Positions 18,827-28,878 of a stretch of 64,000 nucleotides of DNA are shown piece after piece (position 1 is the stretch's first letter; each line of letters begins with the position of its first letter). The stretch covers positions 3,392,001 through 3,456,000 of the forward strand of contig OZ242180.1 in the NCBI GenBank assembly GCA_965205485.1, read 5' to 3'. The notes under the pieces were generated by a model. It worked only from the letters and a program-made list of their open reading frames with translations, searched no databases and had not been told where the DNA came from. Made by a program: the position numbers and the translations under genes. Source of the DNA: Candidatus Latescibacterota bacterium. GTDB lineage: Bacteria > Latescibacterota > UBA2968 > GCA-2709665.

Positions 18827-19603
18827 GTGGCCAGAAAAGTTCTCGACAGGTTTGTCAATCTCGACTCCATCGCGGATGGCTTCTTCAGAGACGCCGTCGT
18901 GGACCACGTCTCGGTGTATTGCGAAGTATTCGATGAACGGCTTGTCGCAGTCTACGTGTGGGGAAGTGTTCATCGGAATGAAGCTGTACCCGAAGTTTCC
19001 GATCTTGACTTGCATCCATTTGTAATTGACGCCGTCACCGATGCGGACAGGTTCCGGCTACGAGAATCCGAGGCATCCCTTCGTAGGGAGTTCCTCTCAC
19101 TTCATGGGCTTGTCACACCGCGATCTGTAGACAGGGTTTCCGAGGTCGCAACGCGACTCTGCCACGATGCCACGCTTGTCTGGGGAGAGGATCTGATCAA
19201 AGGGATGGAGATTCCACAACCGGATCCCGTTGAGGCATTCCGCGACCCCAGGGAACTGGTCCGATTTGCAGCGGGATTGCTGGAGGAGAACACGACCGAT
19301 TTCTCCCTTCCTGAAGAGCCGTCATTGCGCCTCCGCAAGCTCGGACGCCTGGCCGTGCTGGGTGGCGGGTATCTCCTCATGGCAAGCGGAAGCAGGTATT
19401 CCCTCAAGGGGACCGAGGTTCTTCCGCTGCTGGAAGAGGTTGCTCCGGATTGGCGAGGTTTTCTGAGAAGAACTTCTGAAATCTACGTTCATCCCGTACA
19501 GCCGAGCGAGAGCGAAGTAGACGAATATCTGTCTGAACTGGTTGAGTGGATAGAATGGATCAAAGATCAAATGCAGGAAAAGTCAGCTGCGGCAGGCACT
19601 TGA
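18827..19603 (+). CDS. Nucleotidyltransferase-domain protein
   Basis: Pol-beta NT motif 'VYVWGSVHRNEAVPEVSDLDL'. Confidence 0.75.
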   Translation: MARKVLDRFVNLDSIADGFFRDAVVDHVSVYCEVFDERLVAVYVWGSVHRNEAVPEVSDLDLHPFVIDAVTDADRFRLRESEASLRREFLSLHGLVTPRSVDRVSEVATRLCHDATLVWGEDLIKGMEIPQPDPVEAFRDPRELVRFAAGLLEENTTDFSLPEEPSLRLRKLGRLAVLGGGYLLMASGSRYSLKGTEVLPLLEEVAPDWRGFLRRTSEIYVHPVQPSESEVDEYLSELVEWIEWIKDQMQEKSAAAGT

Positions 19604-19648
19604 TCCGCGCCAACATCGCGTAGCGAAGGAGGCGGCAGGAAGCGGCTA

Positions 19649-19739
19649 CCGATGACACGCCGGACTGCGGCTCCCGCGCGTTCGGGCTTCCGATCTAACT
19701 CGCCTTCGGCAAGTTCAATGCCCGTGGGGACGTTTTCGG
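19649..19739 (+). other. attC-like site (decayed)
   Basis: CCGATGAC...GTTTTCGG outer arms with inner AACTCGCCTTCGGCAAGTT hairpin. Related to the sites at 28074 and 33197. Confidence 0.55.
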
Positions 19740-19760
19740 GAATAGACTCATTCGAGGGAG

Positions 19761-20537
19761 TTGCCGACGTTGAGCGAAGACGTCAGACGATTTTACGATG
19801 ACCTGGCTGCTGACTACCATCACGTCTACGCGGAGTGGGAGTCGGCAATCGAACGGCAGTCGTGCGTACTGGATCGGTTGATTCAACGTGAATCGTCGGT
19901 AAATGCATCGGTTGTCCTGGACTGTTCGTGTGGAATCGGCACCCAGGCGATTGGCCTGGCGCGGCAGGGATACGAAGTCTTCGCGTCCGATCTCAGCCCG
20001 AAGGCGATTGCCAAGGCGGAATCAGAAGCAGCTGACCGGGGGCTGAAGATTGAGTTCGCCGTTTCCGATGTTCGCGAGGTGGAACGTGCCTTCGCCCGCA
20101 AGTTCGACGTTGTGATCAGTTGCGATAACTCACTGCCTCATCTCCTAACCCAGGAAGACCTGACTCTCGCTCTCCGAAGTATCAGGCGCACGCTGAAGCC
20201 TGACGGACTGTTGGTTGCCAGTATTCGAGATTACGATCGGTTGCTCGCGGAGAGACCGTCGTTTATGGGCGCGAACGTTCAGGGTGCATCGGAGCGTGAG
20301 GTCATTACGTTTCAGGTCTGGGACTGGTCAAAGGAATCAGATACCTGTCTGATTCGGCTATTCATAATGACACGGGCACCGAATCGATGGCAAATAAGAG
20401 AGCTAAGGACCCGCTACCGGGCAATCCGGCGCAAGGAGCTCACTCTGGCCCTGGAGTCCGCCGGATTCTCGAAAGTCGCCTGGCATACGCCTGAACAGTC
20501 CGGTTACTTTCAGCCGGTCGTTACGGCGCATGCCTGA
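19761..20537 (+). CDS. Class I SAM-dependent methyltransferase
   Basis: 'LDCSCGIGTQ' and 'FDVVISCDNSLPHL'. Confidence 0.85.
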   Translation: MPTLSEDVRRFYDDLAADYHHVYAEWESAIERQSCVLDRLIQRESSVNASVVLDCSCGIGTQAIGLARQGYEVFASDLSPKAIAKAESEAADRGLKIEFAVSDVREVERAFARKFDVVISCDNSLPHLLTQEDLTLALRSIRRTLKPDGLLVASIRDYDRLLAERPSFMGANVQGASEREVITFQVWDWSKESDTCLIRLFIMTRAPNRWQIRELRTRYRAIRRKELTLALESAGFSKVAWHTPEQSGYFQPVVTAHA

Positions 20538-20611
20538 TTGAGACTACTTTCGAAACCAGCGCCTTGTTGTCCAGTGGCGTGGCCTGCACCGCTGCCGACG
20601 GAGATCCCTTG

Positions 20612-21238
20612 ATGCACGCATACATTGTCTTCGCGCATCCGACGAGGAGGTCTTTTACCGGGGAGGTATTGGCCGAATTGTGTCGAGGATTGGACGAAGG
20701 AGGACATTCCTACGAGATCGGGGACCTGTACGAAATGGACTTCAAATGCGAAATGACTCCGGATGAGTACACTCGCGAGATGAACGTCCAGGGCAATCGC
20801 CCCACCCTCGCCATACCGCCGGATGTGGAAGCCGAACACAGGAAGATCAGCAGGGCAGACGGTCTGGCCTTTGTCTTTCCGGTCTGGTGGAGCGACTGTC
20901 CGGCGAAGTTGAAGGGATGGTTCGACCGGGTCTGGGTCTGCGGATACGCCTACGAGTACCAATTCGCCAGGGAGACTTATCCGTTTCCACGCCTCTCCGT
21001 GGAGAGAGCGCTCGTTCTCTGTCCTGCTGGAAATACTCTGGAGGGATTGGTAGAGTCCGGAATTGCTGAAGCCATGAGACGGTTATACACCCATGATCGC
21101 CTCCGCCCTGACGCGGGTGTGAAGCATTGTGAGTTTGCATTTCTTCCTGGGATGGCGGATCACTTTGCAACATCGTGCAACACGGCGAGGAATCTTGAGA
21201 TCGCGTATCGGTATGGCAGAGACTTCCTGATGAAATGA
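20612..21238 (+). CDS. NAD(P)H-dependent oxidoreductase, flavodoxin-2 (KefF/MdaB-like)
   Basis: 'VFAHPTRRSFT' and 'FPVWWSDCPAKLKGWFDRV'. Confidence 0.85.
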   Translation: MHAYIVFAHPTRRSFTGEVLAELCRGLDEGGHSYEIGDLYEMDFKCEMTPDEYTREMNVQGNRPTLAIPPDVEAEHRKISRADGLAFVFPVWWSDCPAKLKGWFDRVWVCGYAYEYQFARETYPFPRLSVERALVLCPAGNTLEGLVESGIAEAMRRLYTHDRLRPDAGVKHCEFAFLPGMADHFATSCNTARNLEIAYRYGRDFLMK

Positions 21239-21337
21239 AGCGCGGGCATTTGACATTTCGACAAGCCACTTCGGCCCTTCGCCCCTTCGACAGGCTCAGG
21301 GACCACAGGCTCAGGGACCACAGGCTCAGCGCAGGCA
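21235..21337 (+). repeat. REP-like CCCTTCGACAGGCTCAGG element with a tandem 15-mer
   Basis: CAGGCTCAGGGACCA repeated in tandem; inverted homolog at 58378-58430. Confidence 0.7.
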
Positions 21338-21346
21338 GCACATTCA

Positions 21347-22279
21347 ATGACCACGTTTCAGCCGGACGTGATGAATCGGTGGGAGAATGGCGAGGTATAT
21401 TTGGGACGGGACACCTGCTGCGAGGGACTTGAATCACGAATTGCGGACCTGACCGGACGAAAAGTGTACGGGCTGCACCCGGTACAGGGAGGTTACACGA
21501 ACGCCTGCCGGAGAATCGTAAGATTCCGGGACGGAGACACGGCATTTGCAAAGTGCGCTGCGGACCGGCGCACCAGCGCGTGGCTGTATTCCGAGATTTC
21601 GGTCTATCGCCAGCTTTCCGGCGACTTCATGGCGGCCGTATTGGCCTGGGATGAGGAGGAACCTCCGTTATTGATATTGGAGGACCTGACCGGGAACGCG
21701 TGGCCTCCGCCCTGGACGGCTTCTCGCGTCGATATGGTTCTCGACAGTCTGGCAACGATACATGGGAGCCAGGCGAGTGTGCCCGAATATCAGGAGATCT
21801 TCACACATCGCGGTTGGCACGAAGTTGCGGCGCACCCGGAGACCTTCCTTTCGATACGCGTCGCAAGCGAATCGTGGTTGACAAAGTGTCTGCCCACCCT
21901 CCTGGAGGCGCATGATAGAGTTGAACCTGAAGGCAAAGCGCTTGTCCACCTTGACGTGAGAAGCGACAACATCTGCTTTCGTGCCGGCCGGGCCGTTCTG
22001 ATCGACTGGAACAACGCCTGCTTCGGCAATCCCGATCTCGACATTGCCTTCTGGCTGCCCGGTCTTCGCCACGAGGGTGGGCCGCCTCCACAGGATATTC
22101 TTGCGGACGCCGGTCACCTGGCGGCGTATGTTACGGGGTATTTCGCTTCGCGTGCAGGGTTGCCGGACCTGCCCCATGCACCGTTGGTTCGCAAACTGCA
22201 GCGGGCGCAGCTCATTACAGGTCTTCAGTGGACGGTTCAGGAACTTGGACTCCCTCAACCGGACCTGATGGAAAGTTGA
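21347..22279 (+). CDS. Aminoglycoside phosphotransferase/kinase family protein
   Basis: Brenner-type motif 'LVHLDVRSDN' and 'LIDW'. Confidence 0.8.
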   Translation: MTTFQPDVMNRWENGEVYLGRDTCCEGLESRIADLTGRKVYGLHPVQGGYTNACRRIVRFRDGDTAFAKCAADRRTSAWLYSEISVYRQLSGDFMAAVLAWDEEEPPLLILEDLTGNAWPPPWTASRVDMVLDSLATIHGSQASVPEYQEIFTHRGWHEVAAHPETFLSIRVASESWLTKCLPTLLEAHDRVEPEGKALVHLDVRSDNICFRAGRAVLIDWNNACFGNPDLDIAFWLPGLRHEGGPPPQDILADAGHLAAYVTGYFASRAGLPDLPHAPLVRKLQRAQLITGLQWTVQELGLPQPDLMES

Positions 22280-22439
22280 ATGTTCCTGGCGACAGCCGAT
22301 AACAGCACGTCTTGTGCTGCGGCGCCGTTGCCATTAAGGCTTTCGGCAGCCACCTTGGCGGTTCGCAAACTTGCAAATCGTAGCGAGACATGCGGCCAGA
22401 CAAGAGGGCAATCCCGAATTTGCCCCATTCGATAAAAAA

Positions 22440-22614
22440 CAGCAACGCGGCGACGCGACGAAATCCCCTTGAAAAGGGGCGTAAATGTCGTCCAAAAGGA
22501 CGTTTTTTCAGTCCACGTCCAGTGACCTGGTGTATCCTGAAAATCCGCAGTCTAATCGCCTTTATCAGTTTGCACATATACGATTTTACGTCCCCGAAAA
22601 ATTGCGAATCAAGG
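22440..22614 (-). mobile_element. MITE family A, copy 2 (inverted)
   Basis: Ends CGAATCAAGG|TTAG; contains CACGTCCAGTGACC and AATCGCCTTTATCA. Left boundary is approximate. Confidence 0.75.
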
Positions 22615-22636
22615 TTAGGCTTGGGAGAATCTGACG

Positions 22637-23407
22637 ATGCTGCAAGAGGGTGAGTCCGACCGGGGTTGTGTCAATCCTGTTGTGCGGATTGGAGACACTG
22701 TGCGCAGACCTGTACACAGGTGGACGCCGGCCGTGCACGCCCTGCTGCGCTACCTGGAGGCGGTCGGCTTTTCAGGAGTTCCTCGTGTCTTCGGACTCGA
22801 CGAACTCGGACGCGAGGTGCTTTCGTTTATCCCTGGAGAGGTTGCCCGGCGACCATGGCCGGAGGTGCTGCTAGAGGAAAAGGGCCTTGCCGAGGTCGCG
22901 CGATTCCTGTCCCGATATCACAATGCAGTAAGGGGTTTCGAGCCACCCGAGGATGCCGAATGGTATCTTCCCAATGTAACCTGGGGACCGGGAATGATCA
23001 TCCGACACGGGGACCTTGGACCCTGGAATACTGTCTGGGAAGGGCGAACCTTGAAAGGAATAATCGACTGGGATTTTGCCGAGCCAGGTGATCCCCTCTG
23101 CGATGTCAGTCAGTTTGCCTGGTACGCGGTGCCTCTCCGAGGCGTAGCGCACTGGAGAAAAGCCGGGTTTTCCGATAAGCCTGATCTCAGGTCCAGGTTA
23201 GCAGTACTTTCCGACACATACGGTACGGATACCAGCGCAATCCTGGACACCTTGAGCGATCTGCAACTGGAAGAGTACCGCAGGACCGAGACTCTGGGCA
23301 GCCAGGGACTCCTCCCATGGTCCATCTTCTACCAACGTGGGGATCTTGCGGAACTGAAAGAAGAAAACACGTGGCTGAACGAGAATTACGATTCGCTTGC
23401 CGCATAA
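22637..23407 (+). CDS. Phosphotransferase (APH/TfxG-like)
   Basis: 'VVRIGDTVRRP', 'HGDLGPWN' and 'IIDWD'. Confidence 0.8.
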   Translation: MLQEGESDRGCVNPVVRIGDTVRRPVHRWTPAVHALLRYLEAVGFSGVPRVFGLDELGREVLSFIPGEVARRPWPEVLLEEKGLAEVARFLSRYHNAVRGFEPPEDAEWYLPNVTWGPGMIIRHGDLGPWNTVWEGRTLKGIIDWDFAEPGDPLCDVSQFAWYAVPLRGVAHWRKAGFSDKPDLRSRLAVLSDTYGTDTSAILDTLSDLQLEEYRRTETLGSQGLLPWSIFYQRGDLAELKEENTWLNENYDSLAA

Positions 23408-23462
23408 ATGTGGTCCGCAGGTCTCGCGCTGCTCGCAGATTGACTACCAACGGGGTCATGTG

Positions 23463-24215
23463 ATGGGAAGCATTGTCGCAATAGGTGGCGGAGACATCAC
23501 CAGCCTGGCAACCCGGCTCATCGACGTGGAAATCATCAAGCTGTCGGGATCATCGAATCCAAACGCCCTGTTCATCCCGACGGCAAGCAGCGATTCGGTC
23601 GAGTACTGGGAAGCATTCGACAGAGCGTATCGAGAGAGCTACGGGTGCGACACCGACGTGCTCTACCTGCTTGGCAAAACGCCATCGCCGGGGTTCATCG
23701 CCGAGAAGATCGACCGGGCCGACATCGTCTACGTCGGAGGTGGAAACACGCTCAAGATGATGCGCCGATGGCGGCGGCTAGGTGTCGACGCCTTGCTCAG
23801 GGCGGCTCATACGGACGGCGCGGTCCTCTGCGGCGTGAGCGCAGGAGCGATCTGCTGGTTCGACCGTGGGCACAGCGACTCAATATCCTTCTATAGCCCC
23901 GACGATTGGCGCTACATAGCCGTCACCGGCATGGGACTGCTGAGCGGGCTGGCGTGTCCTCACTACAACAGTGATACCGCTGGCGTACCCAGAAGGCAGG
24001 ACTTCCACGATATGCTGAAGCGAAAGGGTGGAAACGGCCTCGCCATCGATAATGACTGCGCCGTCGCGTTCACGCCGGACGGGTACAGGGTCATCTCCGC
24101 CGATGCCGAATCCGGAGCCTGGTCGCTCCAGGTTCAGCGAGGCCGGATCGTCGAGCGCGCTCTGCCGGTTTCTCCAGTCTATCTCTCAATTGATTCCCTT
24201 TACGAAAGGCAGTAG
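23463..24215 (+). CDS. Peptidase S51 (dipeptidase E-like)
   Basis: 'FIPTAS', 'YVGGGNT', 'GVSAGA' and 'CPHY'. Confidence 0.85.
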   Translation: MGSIVAIGGGDITSLATRLIDVEIIKLSGSSNPNALFIPTASSDSVEYWEAFDRAYRESYGCDTDVLYLLGKTPSPGFIAEKIDRADIVYVGGGNTLKMMRRWRRLGVDALLRAAHTDGAVLCGVSAGAICWFDRGHSDSISFYSPDDWRYIAVTGMGLLSGLACPHYNSDTAGVPRRQDFHDMLKRKGGNGLAIDNDCAVAFTPDGYRVISADAESGAWSLQVQRGRIVERALPVSPVYLSIDSLYERQ

Positions 24216-24319
24216 CCTACGTCCCGCGGACTCGTTATCAATAAGAATCTGTTGCAAGATGCGACGGAAATCCATTTGGGAGTTGCCTGACTGACGCCGT
24301 CAAGACGTGGAGAAGATAT

Positions 24320-25270
24320 ATGGCGGTTGGACCTGAGTATCTGGAAAAGGGGTTGTTGGGACTGAGCCGAGCTCACCTTGTGGATACCATGACAGGACAT
24401 TTGGGCGCAACCCTCGTCGCCGGCTATCTCTTCAGTGAGGAACACGGTGAACTGGACAGGAAGGTTCATGCAGGCATAGAGAAAGAACTGGATCGTGTCC
24501 TCAATGGAGAGTCGGTATTCGACCCCGGCGAAGGTGGATCCATCACAACGTCGGAACTGTTTGTGCCGTACCCGGACGAAGCCATGCAGGTAGATCAGAT
24601 TGACCGCATCGCAGAGGTCCTCTCCAGGAACATTGGAGAAACACGCTCCTCGGGTCACAACGTGATTTTCGCCTCTCTGTCCATTCGGGCGCTTCAGGAG
24701 TACCCCCAACACGCAACATCGTCCATCATCGATGGCATATGCAGATTGATCGGGGGCTTTGACCGGGCATCGGCTGGCAGCGGTTACTACGGGAGGGAAA
24801 AGGGTCGGATCGACGGAGACATGATCGTGTTGCCGGAACAGTCGGATTTTCTGCCGTATTCCAATCTGGAGGGCATGATCGAAGCGGTGTTGGATGAGCT
24901 CCTTGAGACAGCTGCCGAACGGAGACAGGGATTCGGGGGATTGTGGCACATTATCAACCATGCCGCTTCGCTGATCGATCTTTCTGAGTGTGGCTACGTT
25001 GACCTGGCGCAGGAAGGACTTGAGGCTCACCATCGTCATGTTCGTCTGTGGAGATCCCTGCCGAATGTCGAGGACGAACTCGGGACGGAAGCGCCGGCTG
25101 AAGAAGATCCTTGCACCCCGATCTATTGGGAATCCGGCGCCCTGAGAAGAGATCGCGCCAGGCTTACTCATCGGATTAAAACGCTCTATGGTTTCCACAG
25201 GTTTGCCCGTCTGGTTGATGATACAACCAGGCTCCAGCGTGCCAGGGATGCGTTTCGCTATCTCATGTAG
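24320..25270 (+). CDS. Hypothetical His-rich helical protein
   Basis: 316 aa ORF with RBS; 'GHLGA', 'GHNVIF' and 'WHIINH' motifs. Confidence 0.7.
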   Translation: MAVGPEYLEKGLLGLSRAHLVDTMTGHLGATLVAGYLFSEEHGELDRKVHAGIEKELDRVLNGESVFDPGEGGSITTSELFVPYPDEAMQVDQIDRIAEVLSRNIGETRSSGHNVIFASLSIRALQEYPQHATSSIIDGICRLIGGFDRASAGSGYYGREKGRIDGDMIVLPEQSDFLPYSNLEGMIEAVLDELLETAAERRQGFGGLWHIINHAASLIDLSECGYVDLAQEGLEAHHRHVRLWRSLPNVEDELGTEAPAEEDPCTPIYWESGALRRDRARLTHRIKTLYGFHRFARLVDDTTRLQRARDAFRYLM

Positions 25271-25285
25271 GAGACAGAAATACCG

Positions 25286-26728
25286 ATGCCCGCTCCTGAG
25301 TTGAAGAGGGCTGTAGAAGCAGCCGTAAAGGCCATCGACGCCAACGATACCGCTCGCCTGGAGAGTCTCGTTGCGGAGTACCCGGGTCTGCTCACGTGGT
25401 ACAATCCGGACGACGAGTGCGGCGTTCTGCTTTACGCCGCCATTTCGTATGCCAACTTTCCCGGCGCCGAGAATGAAGGCGTCTACAACCGGCCCGACTG
25501 TGCCCGCCTTCTGCTTGACGCTGGCGCGGTTATGCATCCCCGGGTGTACTTGAGGGCGATCGACACCGGCGCCCACGGCATGCTGGCATTGTTTGACGAG
25601 AAGGGCGTACTGCCGGAAAGCCTTCGAACATTGACCGCGAGGGGCGATCTCGAAAGCGTGCGGGGATGTTTCGACCCTGGCGGTGTCCTGTCCGACGTCG
25701 GACGACCACAGGCGGAACTGCGCACCGGGTACTCCGGCGCCGAGGCGGACTGGCCCGATCCCGCGGATGATCGGCTGATCGTTGCCGACGCGTTTCTCTA
25801 CGCCTGCCGGCTGGGTCATCGCGACGTCGCGCACTTCCTGATGAGTTGTTGCCTTCAGCTCGACGACGATCTCAGGACAAGGGTGGAGGCATGGCAGGGG
25901 AAGACGGCCTTTGTCGACTTCCTTCTGGAACAGCGGCCGGAGGGGGGAAGACAGGCGTGCTCGTACCGGGAGGTGGACGACGAACCCGGCCTGATCTGGC
26001 GTAGGGCCGTGGAACTGCGCCTGCTTGCTGCCCTGGACGAGGGAGACGCGGAATCCATCCGAGATCTGCTCGCGACCGAACCCTTTCTCCTGGGACCCCG
26101 CTATCTCGAGACCCAGGAAATGCTGCTTGCAGTTGCGGCCTGCACCGAAGGAAAACTGCCGGTGATCGAAGCCGTGATCACGAGCGGAGCGGCCATCACC
26201 ACTGCGCCTGAACCGCCGGCGTCTCGCGCCATCCTCTATGCTCTCGAATACGGGAATGCTGACTATGTTCCGGCCCTTTCTCAAATCTGGTCCGTGCCTG
26301 ATGATCTGCCCCACGCCGCCGGTCTTGGCGACGTGGAAGCTGTCGCAAAGAGGTTCGCGAACGGCTATCCGAGGTTGGGCGATCCATCCCTGTATGTCTG
26401 TCCTCCCGGAGAAACACCATTGGCCGGCGTTCAGGAGATCGTCGACAGGGCCTTCGCCTGGGCGGTGCAGAACGGGAACTACCCAATCGCGGACTATCTC
26501 CTGGATCACGGCGCGAATATCAACACCAGATGGAGTACCCACGAGCCAGCCAGCATCCTGCACGAATGCGCGTTCGCCGGCCGCATGGAACAGGTGGTAT
26601 ATCTCGTTCGCAAAGGGATCGACGTGACCATCAGAGATCATCGACACAACGCCACGCCGGAAGACTGGGCAAGGTACGCTGGACATGAAGAAATCGCCGA
26701 ATATCTGGCAGGATTGAAGGGTAGGTGA
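25286..26728 (+). CDS. Ankyrin-repeat protein
   Basis: 'AVQNGNYPIADYLLDHGANIN' and 'WARYAGHEEIAEYL'. Confidence 0.8.
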   Translation: MPAPELKRAVEAAVKAIDANDTARLESLVAEYPGLLTWYNPDDECGVLLYAAISYANFPGAENEGVYNRPDCARLLLDAGAVMHPRVYLRAIDTGAHGMLALFDEKGVLPESLRTLTARGDLESVRGCFDPGGVLSDVGRPQAELRTGYSGAEADWPDPADDRLIVADAFLYACRLGHRDVAHFLMSCCLQLDDDLRTRVEAWQGKTAFVDFLLEQRPEGGRQACSYREVDDEPGLIWRRAVELRLLAALDEGDAESIRDLLATEPFLLGPRYLETQEMLLAVAACTEGKLPVIEAVITSGAAITTAPEPPASRAILYALEYGNADYVPALSQIWSVPDDLPHAAGLGDVEAVAKRFANGYPRLGDPSLYVCPPGETPLAGVQEIVDRAFAWAVQNGNYPIADYLLDHGANINTRWSTHEPASILHECAFAGRMEQVVYLVRKGIDVTIRDHRHNATPEDWARYAGHEEIAEYLAGLKGR

Positions 26729-26857
26729 TGTATGGTGGGTTTGCCCAATTTTCCTGGTTCATCCAACCAGAAACGAATTTCCGTGGCTGTTCGGTAATGC
26801 CGCGGCTATGCCAATGCGCGCTGAGTGAGTTTGCCGCCCAGCCCCAAAGGAACATAT

Positions 26858-27871
26858 ATGACAGCAGAAGCAAGACCGGACGAGAGCACCGATGGAAAGA
26901 TAATGCATGCGGCAATTCAAAACGGTGACCGCGAGGCAATTGCGCGTTACCGTAACGCGTTCCCGATCCTCGAGCCCTTCAGCGATGCGGCTATTCAAGA
27001 AGGTGCGACGCCGCACAACTGTTCCATCGCTCTTGCCCGTGAACGTGGGTTTGAGGGGCCATTTCATCTTAGTCGATGCTTTTCGGAGAACATCCCTGTC
27101 GCACCCCGCGAGACGTTTGAAGCGCTTAAAGAAGCGGTAAAGGCGTTGGATCTCGACACTGTCGCCGGGATCCTCGATGCGTTTCCCTATCTGGCGAGGG
27201 CACGGGTCTACAAAAAGGAGCTTGGCGTCGAGCGTGGGGCGTCACTTCTGCATCTGGCGATGCCACGATGGGCAAAGGACGGCGGTGACCAGACGACCGA
27301 CCAGCACATTGCGATGGCGTCACTCCTGATCGATCGCGGTACCCCAATAAACACGATCGGGGATGGCGGCGAGACGCCACTCGGTTACGTTGGCTGGCTG
27401 GGTATGAAACGATTCGCCCGGTATCTGTTTGAACGCGGCGCCGACCCCACCGTGACTACCGAGTGGGGCTTCGACGCGCTCGGCACCATCGCCGACCACG
27501 GTCACGTCGAGCTCATGGAGATCTTCGCAGGGGCGGGCGTCTCGTTGACACCCAGGCATCTCGTCCAAGCGCAGATGACCGAACGCCTGGATGCGCTGGA
27601 GGACGCGGATCTACATGCGAGATGCAATATCGGCCACTTTGACGGAGAACGAGGCACGTTGATGCACGTTGCGGCAAACGAGAACCTCCCTGCGATGGTC
27701 GAGTACCTGCACATGCGGGGTGTTTCGCTTGACGACCTGGACAACTTCGGTCGCTCACCAGCACAGTTCGCCGTCGAACGAGACAGGCTCGAGGCGTTGC
27801 GCGCATTAGCGGACTGCGGTGCGACGCTCGATGCCGAGGCAATCCGGTTCCTCGATGATCGAACGTCTTGA
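26858..27871 (+). CDS. Ankyrin-repeat protein
   Basis: 'GETPLG', 'GTLMHVAA' and 'GRSPAQFA'. Confidence 0.8.
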   Translation: MTAEARPDESTDGKIMHAAIQNGDREAIARYRNAFPILEPFSDAAIQEGATPHNCSIALARERGFEGPFHLSRCFSENIPVAPRETFEALKEAVKALDLDTVAGILDAFPYLARARVYKKELGVERGASLLHLAMPRWAKDGGDQTTDQHIAMASLLIDRGTPINTIGDGGETPLGYVGWLGMKRFARYLFERGADPTVTTEWGFDALGTIADHGHVELMEIFAGAGVSLTPRHLVQAQMTERLDALEDADLHARCNIGHFDGERGTLMHVAANENLPAMVEYLHMRGVSLDDLDNFGRSPAQFAVERDRLEALRALADCGATLDAEAIRFLDDRTS

Positions 27872-28068
27872 GATGCCTTCACGCCATATCCGCGTGGATT
27901 GCAAAGCTTCCGGGAGGCAGACAGGGAGAATGGAACTATGATATCAGACTCAGTGTGGAAACCAATCTCAGGCTGATTCTGGATGCTGGCTTTTCTGACT
28001 GTACGATACAATTCGATCAATCAGACAACGGTTCTGACGCCCATGGCGTTCTTCAAGCCCATGTATGA
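27872..28068 (+). pseudogene. Methyltransferase C-terminal remnant (same family as 3946-4447)
   Basis: 'GEWNYDIRLSVETNLRLILDAGF' matches 'ARWNYDITLSPDTNTVLLREAGF'. Confidence 0.6.
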
Positions 28069-28073
28069 TCGAA

Positions 28074-28147
28074 CCGACAGCGCTTGCGGCTCCTGGCGTC
28101 CCAGCCCTTTTCCAGCTTGCCTGCGGCAAGTTCTCCGGACGTTTCAC
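28074..28147 (+). other. attC-like site (decayed)
   Basis: GCGGCTCC...GCTTGCCTGCGGCAAGTTC...GGACGTTTCAC; same family as 19649. Confidence 0.5.
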
Positions 28148-28244
28148 GCAAGGGCTCTCTGGCGTGAATTGGTGCAAGACAATACCGTGGCAGCCCTGAA
28201 AAACCATATTGCAACCTGTAACCGCGTGGGCGAGATCCTATTCA

Positions 28245-28751
28245 ATGTCTCGTGAAATCGGACCGGGAACTCACCTGTATTGGTCGGCGAAGTCCGGCCT
28301 TTGCTCCGGAACCGTTGTAAGGCCCGGAGACTTCAAGAACTATCTGATGCGTCAGGTCCTGATCGAAGTCCAAACGGGCTCTCCCGCGGTAACGGTTCCA
28401 AATGCCGCCGAGACAGGTCGTGCGATGTTGGAACTCGCGTGGGAGACCGTTCGGCAACGGGGATTTCCAAATAGGCCAACTCGGTTTGAATGCCTCTTTC
28501 TCTGGCCGGAAGCGAGTGCGGCCAGACGATTCGACTCCCACAGGGAAGCGTGCGAACTGTATGATGTCGAGATTCTTGAATGCTCGCGCGCGTTCACTGC
28601 TGATATGAACCTGATAAGTTACTTCGAAGCGTCGGAAACCCTTGCATCGATGTTCGAGAGGGCGCGAAGATACTGGCAGGCCGAGCGGAAGGACGAGCAC
28701 GGAGAGATTCTGTTGGAAGGGACAATTCGGATTCAGGGGACGATCTTTTAG
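28245..28751 (+). CDS. DUF2441-like protein
   Basis: 'ELAWETVRQRGFPNRPTRFECLF' and 'RYWQ...EILLEG'. Confidence 0.6.
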   Translation: MSREIGPGTHLYWSAKSGLCSGTVVRPGDFKNYLMRQVLIEVQTGSPAVTVPNAAETGRAMLELAWETVRQRGFPNRPTRFECLFLWPEASAARRFDSHREACELYDVEILECSRAFTADMNLISYFEASETLASMFERARRYWQAERKDEHGEILLEGTIRIQGTIF

Positions 28752-28878
28752 ATGAAAACCGGGGTTGGCTGCCGGCTGCGCCGCCTTGTCCATCGGCGAC
28801 TCGCTCAGTGAGATCGAAGGGCGCGGCGACGATACAGGTAGTGGGAAGAGAGAATCTACAATACTTGAGGAAGTACCT

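Noticed and set aside
21283..21330. Tandem repeats as a possible CRISPR array (also 58463-58512)
   Set aside because: The 15-mers are adjacent with no unique spacers, there are no cas genes, and they belong to a REP-like family.
24200..26686. 828-aa minus-strand ORF
   Set aside because: Antisense shadow of two well-formed + strand genes, with no recognisable motifs.
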